Virus record (IMG/VR): IMGVR_UViG_3300037840_000505
Source of the DNA: an uncultured virus (IMG/VR IMGVR_UViG_3300037840_000505)
Taxonomy: Duplodnaviria > Heunggongvirae > Uroviricota > Caudoviricetes
Reading direction: 5' to 3' (one strand)
DNA: 64,000 bases
Each line of letters starts with the position of its first letter. The stretch's first letter is position 1. The position numbers were made by a program, and so were the translations under genes. Below, piece by piece: positions 17,767-27,099 of this stretch. The notes below the pieces were generated by a model that did no database searches, was not told where the DNA came from, and saw only the letters and a program-made list of their open reading frames with translations.

Positions 17767-19820
17767 CAGGTTATCTCTATCAAAATCGCACCGGGAGTGC
17801 CGATACCGCCAGCGTTTGTGCCACCATTCCCAGCGCCGCCACCACCAGAGCAATTTCCCGTTCCACCGTTCCCAGCAACAGCGGTAATGACGCCGGGGCC
17901 ACCCGCACCAAAGGGCGAGGATGCTCCTGTGCCCGTCAGGAAGGCGCCCCCCGCGACGAGCACTATTGCCGACTGACCTGTGTTGCCTAAAATGTTTATG
18001 GTGCCGTTCGTCGGAACGGTCCCTCCGAAGCCGCCGAGAGCCGCCCCAAGAGCAACGGTTGACACGGTTCCGCCAGCACTGCCGCCAGGTGCAGTATAGG
18101 TCACGCCGTTGATTGTGATCGTCGTACTATTGCTAGCGGCGCCAATCGCGTATGTGATCGCGGTGTTGGGCTGAAGGCCAAGTGCCGCCGCCGTCCCTTC
18201 CAGGATAAGGACCGCCCCCGAGCCGCCACCCGAACCGATCTGCGCTGTGGCTCCCGCACCGCCTGGGCCTCCGCCACCGCAAGCCGTGATCTTGACATTG
18301 CTGTAAGCGGTGATCGTTGGTGGACTAGTCCAAGTCGTGCCTGAAACGAGGAAAATCGAATAAGCGTGGCTGCACGGCACCGGGAGTTGCGAGCAGAAAA
18401 TCTTGGCATCGGCACTCGTTGGCACGACGCCGCTGTCTCCGAGCTGCCCATTCGCGCCGATGGCGATGTCGTGCCCCTCGGAGTTCGCGAGCGCACCGAC
18501 GTAGTAATTCCCGGCGGCGAGAGTGTTTGCGCCGCGATCCGTAGCCGTGCCAACCTCGACGCCGCCCGTCTGATTGACCGTCAGCGCTGTGACCGGGGTG
18601 TTCTGCACGGTCGCCGCAGCCCCCGGCGGGGCAGTCTGCACGACGATGTTGCCGCCAATGCCGGAGCCAGTGCCCTTGCTACCGGCGATCGTCCAATTCG
18701 CGCCCGCAGTGTTGCTCGTGCCAGCGACGACGTTCTGCGCGTTGAGAGTCTGCGCGACGGGGGAGGCAGCATCGGCGTTGCCTAGTTGAAGGTTCGCGGC
18801 GGCATGCCGTGACAAGATTAAATCACCAGAACCCCCAAATTTCAGAACACCTCCGTTTCCAGTAAATCCTATGTTAACGCCGGATGTAATCCCTCCCTTT
18901 GATAAAACATCACCAAATTGATCGACATTGAAATAGCTTGTCGCGCCGCTCGCGCCGCCGAGTATGTTTAGCAGGTTAGCAGATGCCCCTTGTGCAGTTT
19001 CAGTCACCGAAATCTGAAACGCAGTTGGGCTTCCGCTCGTGTTCCACGTCGTCGCAAAGTTCCAGTCCGTCGTCGCATCTGAGCCAGTGTGCGAGCCGCC
19101 CGTCGCTGAGAGCATCTGCGTATTGGCGGCGACACCGGACAGGGTGAGCGCCTTGCCAGCGATGAGCGTACCGGTGATGGCAGCTGGCGTTGTCCCGCCG
19201 ATGATTGAGCCGTTGATCCCGCCCGATCCCCAGGTGCCGCTATCAGGGCCAGTCACGGTTCCGCTGAAAGTTGGCGACGCGAGCGGTGCGAAGGCCGTCG
19301 AGTTGAAAGCGTTGGAACCCAGCGCGCCGCCTGCGCCCGACGAGGTGATCGCGGCCCCGGCGCCGATGGTCACATTTCCGAATATGTTCGCGCCGGTGAA
19401 GGTCTGCCCGGCGTCCGTCCGCGCCAAGGTCGCGCTGGTCGTTGGCCCCGTCCACACAACTGCACCCGCAGGCCCAGCCAAGGTAATGCCGCCAGCGCCA
19501 GTTGTTGTAAATGCCCCACCAAGCACAAGAGCTTTGCCGCCGACGCTGTTGACGGTCGCCGCTACTGCCCCTGATCCCGACGCCGTGACATCTCCTGTCA
19601 GCGAAGTGATGCCGCTTCCGCTTCCGCAGACCGATCCGGCGTCCTCGAGAACAGGGCCCGAAGCGCTCAAGACCTGGGTGCAGTCTCCCGGTGTGGCCTT
19701 TCCGCTCCAGCCGACGCTCGAACCCGGTATCCCGCCATCAGGCATCTGGGCATGGGAAGGGCCCGAGACACACAAGAACACCGCCAGGGCACTCGCCAGG
19801 GCGGCTGGGAAGCAGCGCAT
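17766..19820 (-). CDS. Tail fibre-like protein with C-terminal glycine-rich domain and signal peptide
   Basis: Gly/Thr/Ser-rich; LTGDVT and APLASPTFSG fibre motifs; C-terminal TWTSP...CGGGGPGG; N-terminus ...VSGPSHA/QMP. Confidence 0.8.
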   Translation of the reverse strand: MRCFPAALASALAVFLCVSGPSHAQMPDGGIPGSSVGWSGKATPGDCTQVLSASGPVLEDAGSVCGSGSGITSLTGDVTASGSGAVAATVNSVGGKALVLGGAFTTTGAGGITLAGPAGAVVWTGPTTSATLARTDAGQTFTGANIFGNVTIGAGAAITSSGAGGALGSNAFNSTAFAPLASPTFSGTVTGPDSGTWGSGGINGSIIGGTTPAAITGTLIAGKALTLSGVAANTQMLSATGGSHTGSDATTDWNFATTWNTSGSPTAFQISVTETAQGASANLLNILGGASGATSYFNVDQFGDVLSKGGITSGVNIGFTGNGGVLKFGGSGDLILSRHAAANLQLGNADAASPVAQTLNAQNVVAGTSNTAGANWTIAGSKGTGSGIGGNIVVQTAPPGAAATVQNTPVTALTVNQTGGVEVGTATDRGANTLAAGNYYVGALANSEGHDIAIGANGQLGDSGVVPTSADAKIFCSQLPVPCSHAYSIFLVSGTTWTSPPTITAYSNVKITACGGGGPGGAGATAQIGSGGGSGAVLILEGTAAALGLQPNTAITYAIGAASNSTTITINGVTYTAPGGSAGGTVSTVALGAALGGFGGTVPTNGTINILGNTGQSAIVLVAGGAFLTGTGASSPFGAGGPGVITAVAGNGGTGNCSGGGGAGNGGTNAGGIGTPGAILIEIT

Positions 19821-19850
19821 CTGCCTATTTCCCTTCGAAAGCCGGCACGG

Positions 19851-22628
19851 TCAGGACCGCCGGCACCACATCTGCCCCTGCCAGGTCGGGTTCGTCGAAC
19901 CGCCCGTCCAGGCAACTTTGGCGTTGAGATATTCGAGCGTTTGCGAGGCGAGCGAAAGCGGGGTCGCGTTGATCGGCAAGGAATTGGCGACCGCACCTGT
20001 GGTAAACGTCAGATTGAGCAGGTTTTCCGCCACCCCGGCGTTCAAGCTGGTCGCGGCCGCGGCGATGCTCGCGGCGATTACCGTCGGCGCGGTGCTGGCG
20101 ACGCCGTTTTCATAGGCGCTGGCCGCGCATGTCCAATTGCCGCCCGCGAGGTTGATCACCACGATCGGCTGGGTCGTGCCGCTTGTGGTGTCGTAAGCGC
20201 TGGCGATGCCCGTCCCGCTGTCCGTACCGGTCGTGGCCACATCGGTTCCGGAGAGCGCATTGGCGACCGAGGTCGCGACCGAGAAGGTGCTGCCGCTGAT
20301 CGAGGCGGGATCGACGAAATAGGCCGTGTTGTTGCTGATGCCGACGCCGGAAAGACCCGTGAAGTAGATCGGCAGCACGCATTGGTTGAGGCTGCCCGCC
20401 GTGATTGAACATCGGGAGGCGAAGGTGTTGGCGGGCATCGTCACGACGGCCGGCGTCGCGTGGCTGATCGTTACCGCGATGCTTTCCGCATTGGCGGTCG
20501 CCGAGACGATTTCGCCGACATATCCGTTGCCGGGGCTCACGCCGACCGAGCTGCCGACAATCCCCCCGTCCGTTTGAAGGAATTTATTGGTGCCCGAGGG
20601 GTTGTCGCTGTAGCAGGTCGTCGGACCATAGGTCGGATCGCAGATGTTTCCGACGATCGAATAGTGGCTCTGCGCCGCCCCGCCGGTCGCAATGTTGATG
20701 CCGGTGGTGCCCCCGGCGAAAGCTCCGATCGATGAGCCAAGCGTGTTGTGGCCGATCGTAAATACCGTCATTCCTGGGGCAACGTAGAAACCGCCAAGTT
20801 GCATGGAGGCGCATACGTTATCCATGATGATGACGCCGCGACCCGATTCGTGATAGACGCAATAAGAGCCGCCGCTGAAATTCCCGCCGATGATCTGCGT
20901 GTCGCCGAGCCAGCTCGTTTCGGTGATGACCCCGGCGCCGAACGTCGTCACCGTCGAGCCGTATTGATTGTCGGTCAGCGTGGCGGCATCGCCCTGCAAC
21001 AGCCACACATCGGCCTGGTAGGCGGAGAATGTATCATGATCCAGGTAAATGCTGCCCGGTCCGCTGGACTGCGATCCCGTGTTCAGCGTGACGACGGACG
21101 CGGTGTATGGACCGGAGATATCCGTTCCGTCATCGATATACTGAACGGTTGCGACACTCGCGGGACTTGCCGAGGTATCAAGCTGCACCCCGTAATAGGT
21201 CTGCGGCGCCCATAAATTCCAGTGGCAGGTTCCGTCAAACATCGCCGTGCCGTAAGGCTGGAGAGCCGGCACGGACCCCGATGACGTGCAGCCCGACTGA
21301 TCGTTCAATTGGAGGTAAACGGGATTGCCGCCGATCGTCGCGGTGTAAACGTTGCAGGCATTGCCGCTGGTATAGGTGTGATTGTTTTGACGGGCGGTAT
21401 TCGAGAACCCGTAGGGCAGATTGTAGCCACCGCAGTTCGATGCCGTGGTGGTCTGGTCGATCTTGTCCCGGTGCATGTAGAACGCGCCGGAGGTCGAGAG
21501 AACGACCGCCGAGCCGTAGGCATAATCAAATTTCGAATTTACTACGACGGCATCGGAAGTCTGGTTGTCGAGGGCATTGCTGCCCCCCTCGATCGTCGAA
21601 TCCTCGATGATGCAGCCGACGCAACTGGAGCCGAGCGTTACCGCGTTCCCCGTTGGAAGAGTGTTGGTTCCAACGAGGGCCGGCCCCAGGATCTGCATGT
21701 CGCGGATCGTCGATCGGGGCCCGCTCAGATTTAAGGTCGTGACGTTGTTCGACCCCGTGCCGCTCGAATTGCCGCATTGGCCGGTGATGTTGCCGGCTTG
21801 GAGGATCGTCGCCTTCTGGCCCGCGCCGGCAATGACGAGGGAATGGCTCCCATCGGTAACGAGGCCGACCCCGGTGCCGCCGACACAGTAATTGCCCGGC
21901 GGGAAGTAAAGGATAGCCCCGCCGAGCGCCTGTGCGGCGTTGATCGCCGCCTGGATCTGCACCGTGTCATCGGTCGACGCGTTGCCGTGCGCGCCGTAGG
22001 CCTTGACATCGACCCAGGGATAGCCAGAGGCGAAATAGTGGTCGCCCGTCCAAATCGGGTTGATCGCCTGGCTGAGCGCCGGCGCCGCGTCCGACCGCAT
22101 CGCGGTCGGGGCGACGCCGTCAATCGGGGTGAGGCCGATGAGGTTTGACGGGTTGGCGAAACTGACCCCGCCAAAGCACGAGCCCGGCAGGGTGCAGACC
22201 GAACCATTGACATCGATGGTGAGCGGTTCGGGCGTCGCTCCCGAGCCGAAGGTCCCGACCGCGATGAGTGGTCCACCATTCAGCGCATTGGCGTCAAAGG
22301 CAAGATAATGGCCGCCGATCCCCTGGGAATTCTGCTGCGGGGTATCGTAGAGCGCGACATGCGTGCCAAAGGGCCCCGATCCCGAGGAGGCGCAGGGGAA
22401 AACCGGGCATTGCGAGACCTGCAGGAGTTCGGAGAGGCCCAGTCCCTGCGCGCCGCCCCCGGCCCCCCCGCTGTCCTGGATGACGGTCTGGCCGAACGAG
22501 GATTGATACATCGGCACATGGCCGAACGTCGGGATCCCCTGCTGGAGGACCGACCCTTGCGCCCAGGCCGCGGAGAGGCCCAGAACCAAAAAGAGCGCCG
22601 CGAGGGGCGCTCTCATCAAACCGGTCAT
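19851..22628 (-). CDS. Tailspike / pectate-lyase-like beta-helix protein with signal peptide
   Basis: SD AGGAG; VDVKAYGAHGNASTDDTVQIQAAINAA...LYFPPGNY; N-terminus ...LGLSAAWA/QGS. Confidence 0.85.
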   Translation of the reverse strand: MTGLMRAPLAALFLVLGLSAAWAQGSVLQQGIPTFGHVPMYQSSFGQTVIQDSGGAGGGAQGLGLSELLQVSQCPVFPCASSGSGPFGTHVALYDTPQQNSQGIGGHYLAFDANALNGGPLIAVGTFGSGATPEPLTIDVNGSVCTLPGSCFGGVSFANPSNLIGLTPIDGVAPTAMRSDAAPALSQAINPIWTGDHYFASGYPWVDVKAYGAHGNASTDDTVQIQAAINAAQALGGAILYFPPGNYCVGGTGVGLVTDGSHSLVIAGAGQKATILQAGNITGQCGNSSGTGSNNVTTLNLSGPRSTIRDMQILGPALVGTNTLPTGNAVTLGSSCVGCIIEDSTIEGGSNALDNQTSDAVVVNSKFDYAYGSAVVLSTSGAFYMHRDKIDQTTTASNCGGYNLPYGFSNTARQNNHTYTSGNACNVYTATIGGNPVYLQLNDQSGCTSSGSVPALQPYGTAMFDGTCHWNLWAPQTYYGVQLDTSASPASVATVQYIDDGTDISGPYTASVVTLNTGSQSSGPGSIYLDHDTFSAYQADVWLLQGDAATLTDNQYGSTVTTFGAGVITETSWLGDTQIIGGNFSGGSYCVYHESGRGVIIMDNVCASMQLGGFYVAPGMTVFTIGHNTLGSSIGAFAGGTTGINIATGGAAQSHYSIVGNICDPTYGPTTCYSDNPSGTNKFLQTDGGIVGSSVGVSPGNGYVGEIVSATANAESIAVTISHATPAVVTMPANTFASRCSITAGSLNQCVLPIYFTGLSGVGISNNTAYFVDPASISGSTFSVATSVANALSGTDVATTGTDSGTGIASAYDTTSGTTQPIVVINLAGGNWTCAASAYENGVASTAPTVIAASIAAAATSLNAGVAENLLNLTFTTGAVANSLPINATPLSLASQTLEYLNAKVAWTGGSTNPTWQGQMWCRRS

Positions 22629-22641
22629 CGGAGCTGTTCTC

Positions 22642-22854
22642 CTACCGCGGCTTGGCGCCGCCGAGGCCCGGCACATACGCCGGATTGTCGCCGGGATTGA
22701 TCCGCTCGATATGGGTCCGGGGGTCATGGGCGTCGTGGCCGCCCGTCGTGGTCGTGCCGTCGAGCGGCCAGGTCTGACGCACGGCATCCTTCTTGACAAA
22801 GCGGCCCTTGACGCGCACGCGCACCGGTTTCGGCGCAGAATCGGCGATGCTCAT
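22642..22854 (-). CDS. Hypothetical protein
   Basis: 70 aa; ATGA overlap. Confidence 0.5.
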   Translation of the reverse strand: MSIADSAPKPVRVRVKGRFVKKDAVRQTWPLDGTTTTGGHDAHDPRTHIERINPGDNPAYVPGLGGAKPR

Positions 22855-23120
22855 GCGGCTGCCTCCAAATCCTCGTCAAGGCAGACCGGCACACCATCGA
22901 AGGCGGGAAGACCGTCGGGATCAGCGGTCTCGAGTTCGACCTTGTGGTAGCGCAGCGCAGCGAAATCGAGCCACGCCAGCGCTCCTCGATCGAGGATGTA
23001 GCGCTTCGGCTGTGCCACGCCCTGGGCGAGAGCCGCCCCCATTGCCGGGAAGGGATCGACGTCGATGCGCATATCGATCGCGATCTTGATCCCATCGGTC
23101 ATTTCGAGAACGGCGTTCAT
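22851..23120 (-). CDS. Hypothetical protein
   Basis: ATG 23120 overlaps the upstream stop; SD GGAGG. Confidence 0.55.
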   Translation of the reverse strand: MNAVLEMTDGIKIAIDMRIDVDPFPAMGAALAQGVAQPKRYILDRGALAWLDFAALRYHKVELETADPDGLPAFDGVPVCLDEDLEAAA

Positions 23121-23644
23121 GCGAGTGCCTCCGCTTCTTCGGTTTCGTCCTCGACCGCCATCTCGACGATCTGCAGCGTCAGCGACTTGCCGTCCCACTG
23201 CCTGTCGTCGACCGACTTCACCCTTGCTTCGCCGATCAGGTGCAGCATGTGGCCGACCTCGCATTCTTCGTCGAGATCGAGGCGCTCGTGATCGTTTTCG
23301 TCCATGCAGATGCAAGGGCGACACATCTGGTCCAATTCGACCATGTCGCCGTCGCCCAAGGAGAGCATGTCGAATTCGGCCTCGACCCGGCAGCTATCCG
23401 CCTGGTGCGAACAGCTGGTGACCCGCGCGAAGGCGGCGAAGCGCACCTCGTCCCCGCCCTTGGCGCCGCTGATCCCGAGGTTCTCGAAATCAGCCTCGCG
23501 CACGGTGAAGCAGAGGCCCGGCGGGTATTCCGGCGGCTCATCGGCCGCCGGTGCGTGGCCGAACATGCCGCGATCCTTCAGCCAGTCGATCTGCTCGTCG
23601 TCGCTGAGCGCCATCGACGCGAGCTTCTTGAAGGGACCCGCCAT
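23117..23644 (-). CDS. Putative capsid-associated (staple-like) protein with two tandem repeats
   Basis: YPPGLCFTVREADFENLG...GDEVRF...ARVTSCS repeated as CRPCICMDENDHERLDL...GHMLHL...ARVKSV...LQIVEM. Confidence 0.55.
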   Translation of the reverse strand: MAGPFKKLASMALSDDEQIDWLKDRGMFGHAPAADEPPEYPPGLCFTVREADFENLGISGAKGGDEVRFAAFARVTSCSHQADSCRVEAEFDMLSLGDGDMVELDQMCRPCICMDENDHERLDLDEECEVGHMLHLIGEARVKSVDDRQWDGKSLTLQIVEMAVEDETEEAEALA

Positions 23645-23646
23645 GG

Positions 23647-23982
23647 CTAGGCCGCTTTCTCGGCGCCCTCGCCGTCGCTCTCGGCCGTCTCGCCGCCCAT
23701 TTCGGCCATGTGGCGCTTTTCCATGTCCGCCATCTCGGCCTCGTGCTCCTTGTGCATGTCGTCCATGGCCTCGCGGTGGCGCCCGTGCATGTCGCGCCGC
23801 GCCATCCGGTGGCGCTTGTGCATCGCCTCGCGCTCGTCCTTGTGGCGCCCCGTCATCTCATGGTCGCCCATGCCCTCGCGGCGCTCGGGGCGGCGCTCGG
23901 GTTCGGGTTTCGATTCCTCGCGCTTCGGCTCTTCGCGCTCTTCCCCTTTGTGGTAGCGGTTCTTTGCTTTGTCGTCGGCCAT
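23647..23982 (-). CDS. Charged His/Met-rich helical-repeat protein
   Basis: About 11-residue repeats of RH..E...M. Confidence 0.7.
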   Translation of the reverse strand: MADDKAKNRYHKGEEREEPKREESKPEPERRPERREGMGDHEMTGRHKDEREAMHKRHRMARRDMHGRHREAMDDMHKEHEAEMADMEKRHMAEMGGETAESDGEGAEKAA

Positions 23983-23996
23983 GGCTCTTGAACTCC

Positions 23997-24263
23997 CTAT
24001 CGCTTGCCGTAGCGGCGTTTGGCGGCACCGTGATGCCAGCCTTCCATGGTCTGGGCGCGGATGGCGTCGCGGCGGATTTCGGGGCTGCGGGAATGCGTCG
24101 CGGTCTCGATCCGCGCCGCGCCGATCGGCTTATCGGGATCGACCCCGAGCTCCCGGTGCAATTTCCCCTTCTGGCCTCCCGGGTGGAAATCCTTCTTCGG
24201 GACCCATTTGTGCTTTCGCGCCATCGCTGGTCTCCGCGCGGTATCGAGGAGGGTCGGGGTCAC
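23997..24263 (-). CDS. Small basic head-module protein (alternative start ATG 24224)
   Basis: KGKLHRELGV...KPI motif; ends AAKRRYGKR. Confidence 0.7.
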   Translation of the reverse strand: MTPTLLDTARRPAMARKHKWVPKKDFHPGGQKGKLHRELGVDPDKPIGAARIETATHSRSPEIRRDAIRAQTMEGWHHGAAKRRYGKR

Positions 24264-24487
24264 GTCCTAGGCCGCGAGACCTTGTGGCGAGAATTGCCCC
24301 GGAAATGCTTGCCGTAGTGCTTGCCGTGGCTCTCGGCCGTCATCAGCGCTCGGTGCTGGTCCGCGGTCACATCGGCAAGGTGGTAGAGGCCGCCATCATG
24401 GAAATCGACGGCGAGCGTGTTGGTCGCGGGATCATGGCCAATTGCCCGGATACTCGAGGATTTGACCGGGATCAATTTTTGCATCAT
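24260..24487 (-). CDS. KTSC domain protein
   Basis: PVKSSSIRAIGHDPATNTLAVDFHDGGLYH...ALMTAESHGKHY. Confidence 0.9.
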   Translation of the reverse strand: MMQKLIPVKSSSIRAIGHDPATNTLAVDFHDGGLYHLADVTADQHRALMTAESHGKHYGKHFRGNSRHKVSRPRT

Positions 24488-24529
24488 CGTTGCCCCGGAC
24501 GGCGCGGATTTCTGCCGCATTTCGAGCAA

Positions 24530-24545
24530 TGTTTCACGGGAAACA
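24530..24545. promoter_or_regulatory. parS-like palindrome
   Basis: TGTTTCACGGGAAACA, 15/16 match to chromosomal parS TGTTTCACGTGAAACA; intergenic. Confidence 0.7.
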
Positions 24546-24546
24546 T

Positions 24547-24780
24547 TCAGCCGCCGTAGCGCTTCGACGCGGCGCTTTCGCCCTCGCTTTTCGCGGCCTT
24601 GGGCTTGGCGCCGTAGCGGTGCGCGGCGTTGCCGATCTTGTTTCCCGTCGCGATCGCTTCGCCTTCCGGGACGCCCTTGGCGATCATCGCCTGGGCGACA
24701 TCGCGCGCCTTGGTGGCGGCATCGCCCTTGAGTTTCTTGTTGTGTCTCTCGGCAAAATCCTTGCCGCTGCGCCAGGGCAT
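24547..24780 (-). CDS. Small basic head-module protein
   Basis: MPW...VAQAMIAKGVPEGEAIATG; ends ASKRYGG. Confidence 0.7.
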   Translation of the reverse strand: MPWRSGKDFAERHNKKLKGDAATKARDVAQAMIAKGVPEGEAIATGNKIGNAAHRYGAKPKAAKSEGESAASKRYGG

Positions 24781-25074
24781 CTACTGGCGCCAGCGTTTCT
24801 CGGCTAAGAGGAACCCGAAGAGCGGCCAGAGCTCCGCGAAGGCGTTGTCCCAGGCGATCTTTTCGCCGATCTCGCGGTTATAGTTCGCCGGATCGACGCA
24901 AGCGCTTTCGCCGGTAACGACGAAGCCATTGTCCAGATGCAGAGAACAGTGAGTGAGCGTGGGTCCGAGCCGGTGAAACTTTACCTCGCCGATCCGGCCT
25001 TCCATGTACTCTTTCGTGACGCGCTCGCCCGGCAGTTTTTCAAGGGCGGCGCGCAGTTCATCCTGGTCCATCAT
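24781..25074 (-). CDS. Gp49/Sf6 gp66 family protein (candidate Acb4-type cyclic-nucleotide sponge)
   Basis: LTHCSLHLDNGFVVTGESACVDPANYNREIGEKIAWDNAFAELWPLFGFLL. Confidence 0.85.
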   Translation of the reverse strand: MMDQDELRAALEKLPGERVTKEYMEGRIGEVKFHRLGPTLTHCSLHLDNGFVVTGESACVDPANYNREIGEKIAWDNAFAELWPLFGFLLAEKRWRQ

Positions 25075-25162
25075 TGGAAATTCACTCCGGAAAGCACAAG
25101 AGGACGAAGAGATACCCGGCGGCGACAATCATGATCGCCGCCGGGATAGCCCAGGGAGGCAA

Positions 25163-26482
25163 TTAGAGTTCGGCCGAGGCCTCGATCTTGCCGGTGCCGC
25201 CGTCGTCACCCCAGACCGCGGCGGTCGAGGCGGCGCTGAACCCGGCCGAGGAGGCGCAGTCCATCATGACGCCGAAGGTGTTGGCGGCATTGCCGGTCGG
25301 CACCGAAGCGGTGGTGTTGCCGGTGCATTGGACCGCGGTCGCGACGTTCAAGGCGGCGAAACCGGTCACATAGGTCATCGTCGGCGCGGCGCGCATCGGC
25401 ACCGGGAAGACGACGTTGCACAGCGCGATCGAGGTCGTATCGATCTCGCACATGCCGCGCTGGGTGAAGGCCGCCCCTTCGGTGATCTGGTAGTAGTAGC
25501 GGTATTGCAGAAGGGCTTCCAATTCGTTGTTGCGCGAGCGGTCGAACGAGGAACAGTTGAGAACCAAGCCCGAAGACCCCGTGCCGCCCGTATTGAGGCT
25601 GCAGAGATACCCCGTCGAGGCCGCGACATAGGGTGCGGCGCTCGAATTGCGGATCAGCTGGATGCCGGCGAAGGCGGCGTAATCCGTCGCGCCGGCGGTC
25701 CCGACCGGGGTGTCGCAGAGGACGACCGCGGCTTCGAGCGCACCGGTTGGGATCGTCGCCACTACCCCGTAGCGCCCGGCCGAGGCGTTGATCGGGATGA
25801 CGGGCGAGGCGGCATTGGCCTGGCCGGTCCAGCCCTGTGACCCGCCGCCCCCGGCATTGACGCCAAAGGCAAGGTCGGAGGCACCCTCGTTGGCGACCGT
25901 CCCGGTGACGATATAGGCGTTGAAGACATCGCCCGCCGAGGCCGCCGTCGCTCCCTCGATCGCATGGAAATCGAGTTCGACCGTCGTTCCCTGCATCTGG
26001 TAGACGTTTGGCGTCTCGATGATCTGCGCCATGCACATCTGCACAACGCCGGTCTGCCCCGAGGTGCGCGCCATCTTGTAGGCGTATTCGTACCCCGTCG
26101 CGGGAAGATCGGCCGCGGTCGAATCGCGGCTGACCGTCATCGCGGTCGAGGTCCCGGACCAATAGAACCAGCGGTCGGGACCGCCATAGGTCGCGGTCGT
26201 GGTGACCGAGGCCCCTGTGGTCCCGCGCTGGAAGAGGTTCTGCGTCGCGTCCCCGGCGATCAGAAGGTTCGATTTCGCCGGGAGCTGGCCGTTATACCCC
26301 GCCAGGTTGAGGCAGGTGATATAGGTCGAATAGGGCTGCGCGATGCCGCCGACGATATCCTGGATGAGATCGCCCGGCCCGCAGGTGGTGACGAGGTTGG
26401 GTGCCGGGACCTGCGCCTCGGCCAGCGGAGCCAGACCGAAAAGCAGCGCCGCGAAGGCGAGCGTGCATGTGAGCTTCTTCAT
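25163..26482 (-). CDS. Fibre/decoration-like protein with Sec signal peptide
   Basis: MKKLTCTLAFAALLFGLAPLAEA/QVP; NLLIAGD...FQRG...DRW and ALLQYRYY...FPVPMRAAPT fibre-domain motifs. Confidence 0.75.
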   Translation of the reverse strand: MKKLTCTLAFAALLFGLAPLAEAQVPAPNLVTTCGPGDLIQDIVGGIAQPYSTYITCLNLAGYNGQLPAKSNLLIAGDATQNLFQRGTTGASVTTTATYGGPDRWFYWSGTSTAMTVSRDSTAADLPATGYEYAYKMARTSGQTGVVQMCMAQIIETPNVYQMQGTTVELDFHAIEGATAASAGDVFNAYIVTGTVANEGASDLAFGVNAGGGGSQGWTGQANAASPVIPINASAGRYGVVATIPTGALEAAVVLCDTPVGTAGATDYAAFAGIQLIRNSSAAPYVAASTGYLCSLNTGGTGSSGLVLNCSSFDRSRNNELEALLQYRYYYQITEGAAFTQRGMCEIDTTSIALCNVVFPVPMRAAPTMTYVTGFAALNVATAVQCTGNTTASVPTGNAANTFGVMMDCASSAGFSAASTAAVWGDDGGTGKIEASAEL

Positions 26483-26911
26483 GGTACAGTTCTCCGGTTG
26501 GTCAGGAGGCGAAACGATGAGCGGGATGGTGGAACGAGTAGCGCGGGCCGCTTACCTTGAGTATTCGGGCTCCGATCCCGAATCCGAATACGCCTGGTGG
26601 TACGGCAAAGATGAAGGGCAACCCTACGATTGGCGGAAAGAAGCAGACCGAACGTCAGTCGAAGCGGAAGGTTTTCTGCGTTGCGCTCGCGCCGCCATCG
26701 CGGCCATGCGCGAGCCGACCGAGGCTATGATCGAGGCTGGCCGCGTGCGAGGACTGGACGATGGCGGTGTCGAGGGCCGCTGGCGTGCGATGATCGATGC
26801 CGAGCTTGCGGACTAGCTGAGCTACTGATAAAGCAGCGCCGCGAAGGCGAGCGTGCGTGTGAGCTTCTTCATGGTACAGTTCTCCGGTTGGTCAGGAGGC
26901 GAAAACGATGA
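26440..26911. repeat. Direct repeat of 81/82 bp (26440-26520 and 26830-26911)
   Basis: AAAGCAGCGCCGCGAAGGCGAGCGTGC[A/G]TGTGAGCTTCTTCATGGTACAGTTCTCCGGTTGGTCAGGAGGCGAAA(A)CGATGA; one substitution and one indel. Confidence 0.95.
26517..26816 (+). CDS. Hypothetical moron protein
   Basis: SD AGGAGG; MVERVARA...ARAAIAAMREPTEAMI...WRAMIDA pattern common in alphaproteobacterial phages. Confidence 0.75.
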   Translation: MSGMVERVARAAYLEYSGSDPESEYAWWYGKDEGQPYDWRKEADRTSVEAEGFLRCARAAIAAMREPTEAMIEAGRVRGLDDGGVEGRWRAMIDAELAD

Positions 26912-27099
26912 AATGGCTTTTGGTGTCAGCAGTGTTGACCCATTGCTGGTATTGCTGGTTGCCGGGCGTATCGAGCTATCGCTTCGACGTCGTCAAATCT
27001 TTCGAAAGCAGCGAGGACTGCCTTAAAGCGACAGAATCCGCGCGTCCCGGGCGCATCGCGTTCTGCGCACCGTCCTCGGCTTTGTCGCCCGATCCTTAG
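26908..27099 (+). CDS. Small secreted Cys-containing moron protein
   Basis: SD AGGAGG; MKWLLV...FESSEDC...AFC. Confidence 0.65.
   Translation: MKWLLVSAVLTHCWYCWLPGVSSYRFDVVKSFESSEDCLKATESARPGRIAFCAPSSALSPDP

Noticed and set aside
26440..26911. Diversity-generating retroelement TR/VR pair, given the BPP-1-like head genes
   Set aside because: No reverse transcriptase or avd seen; the repeat covers a gene start rather than a C-terminal variable region, and has only two differences.
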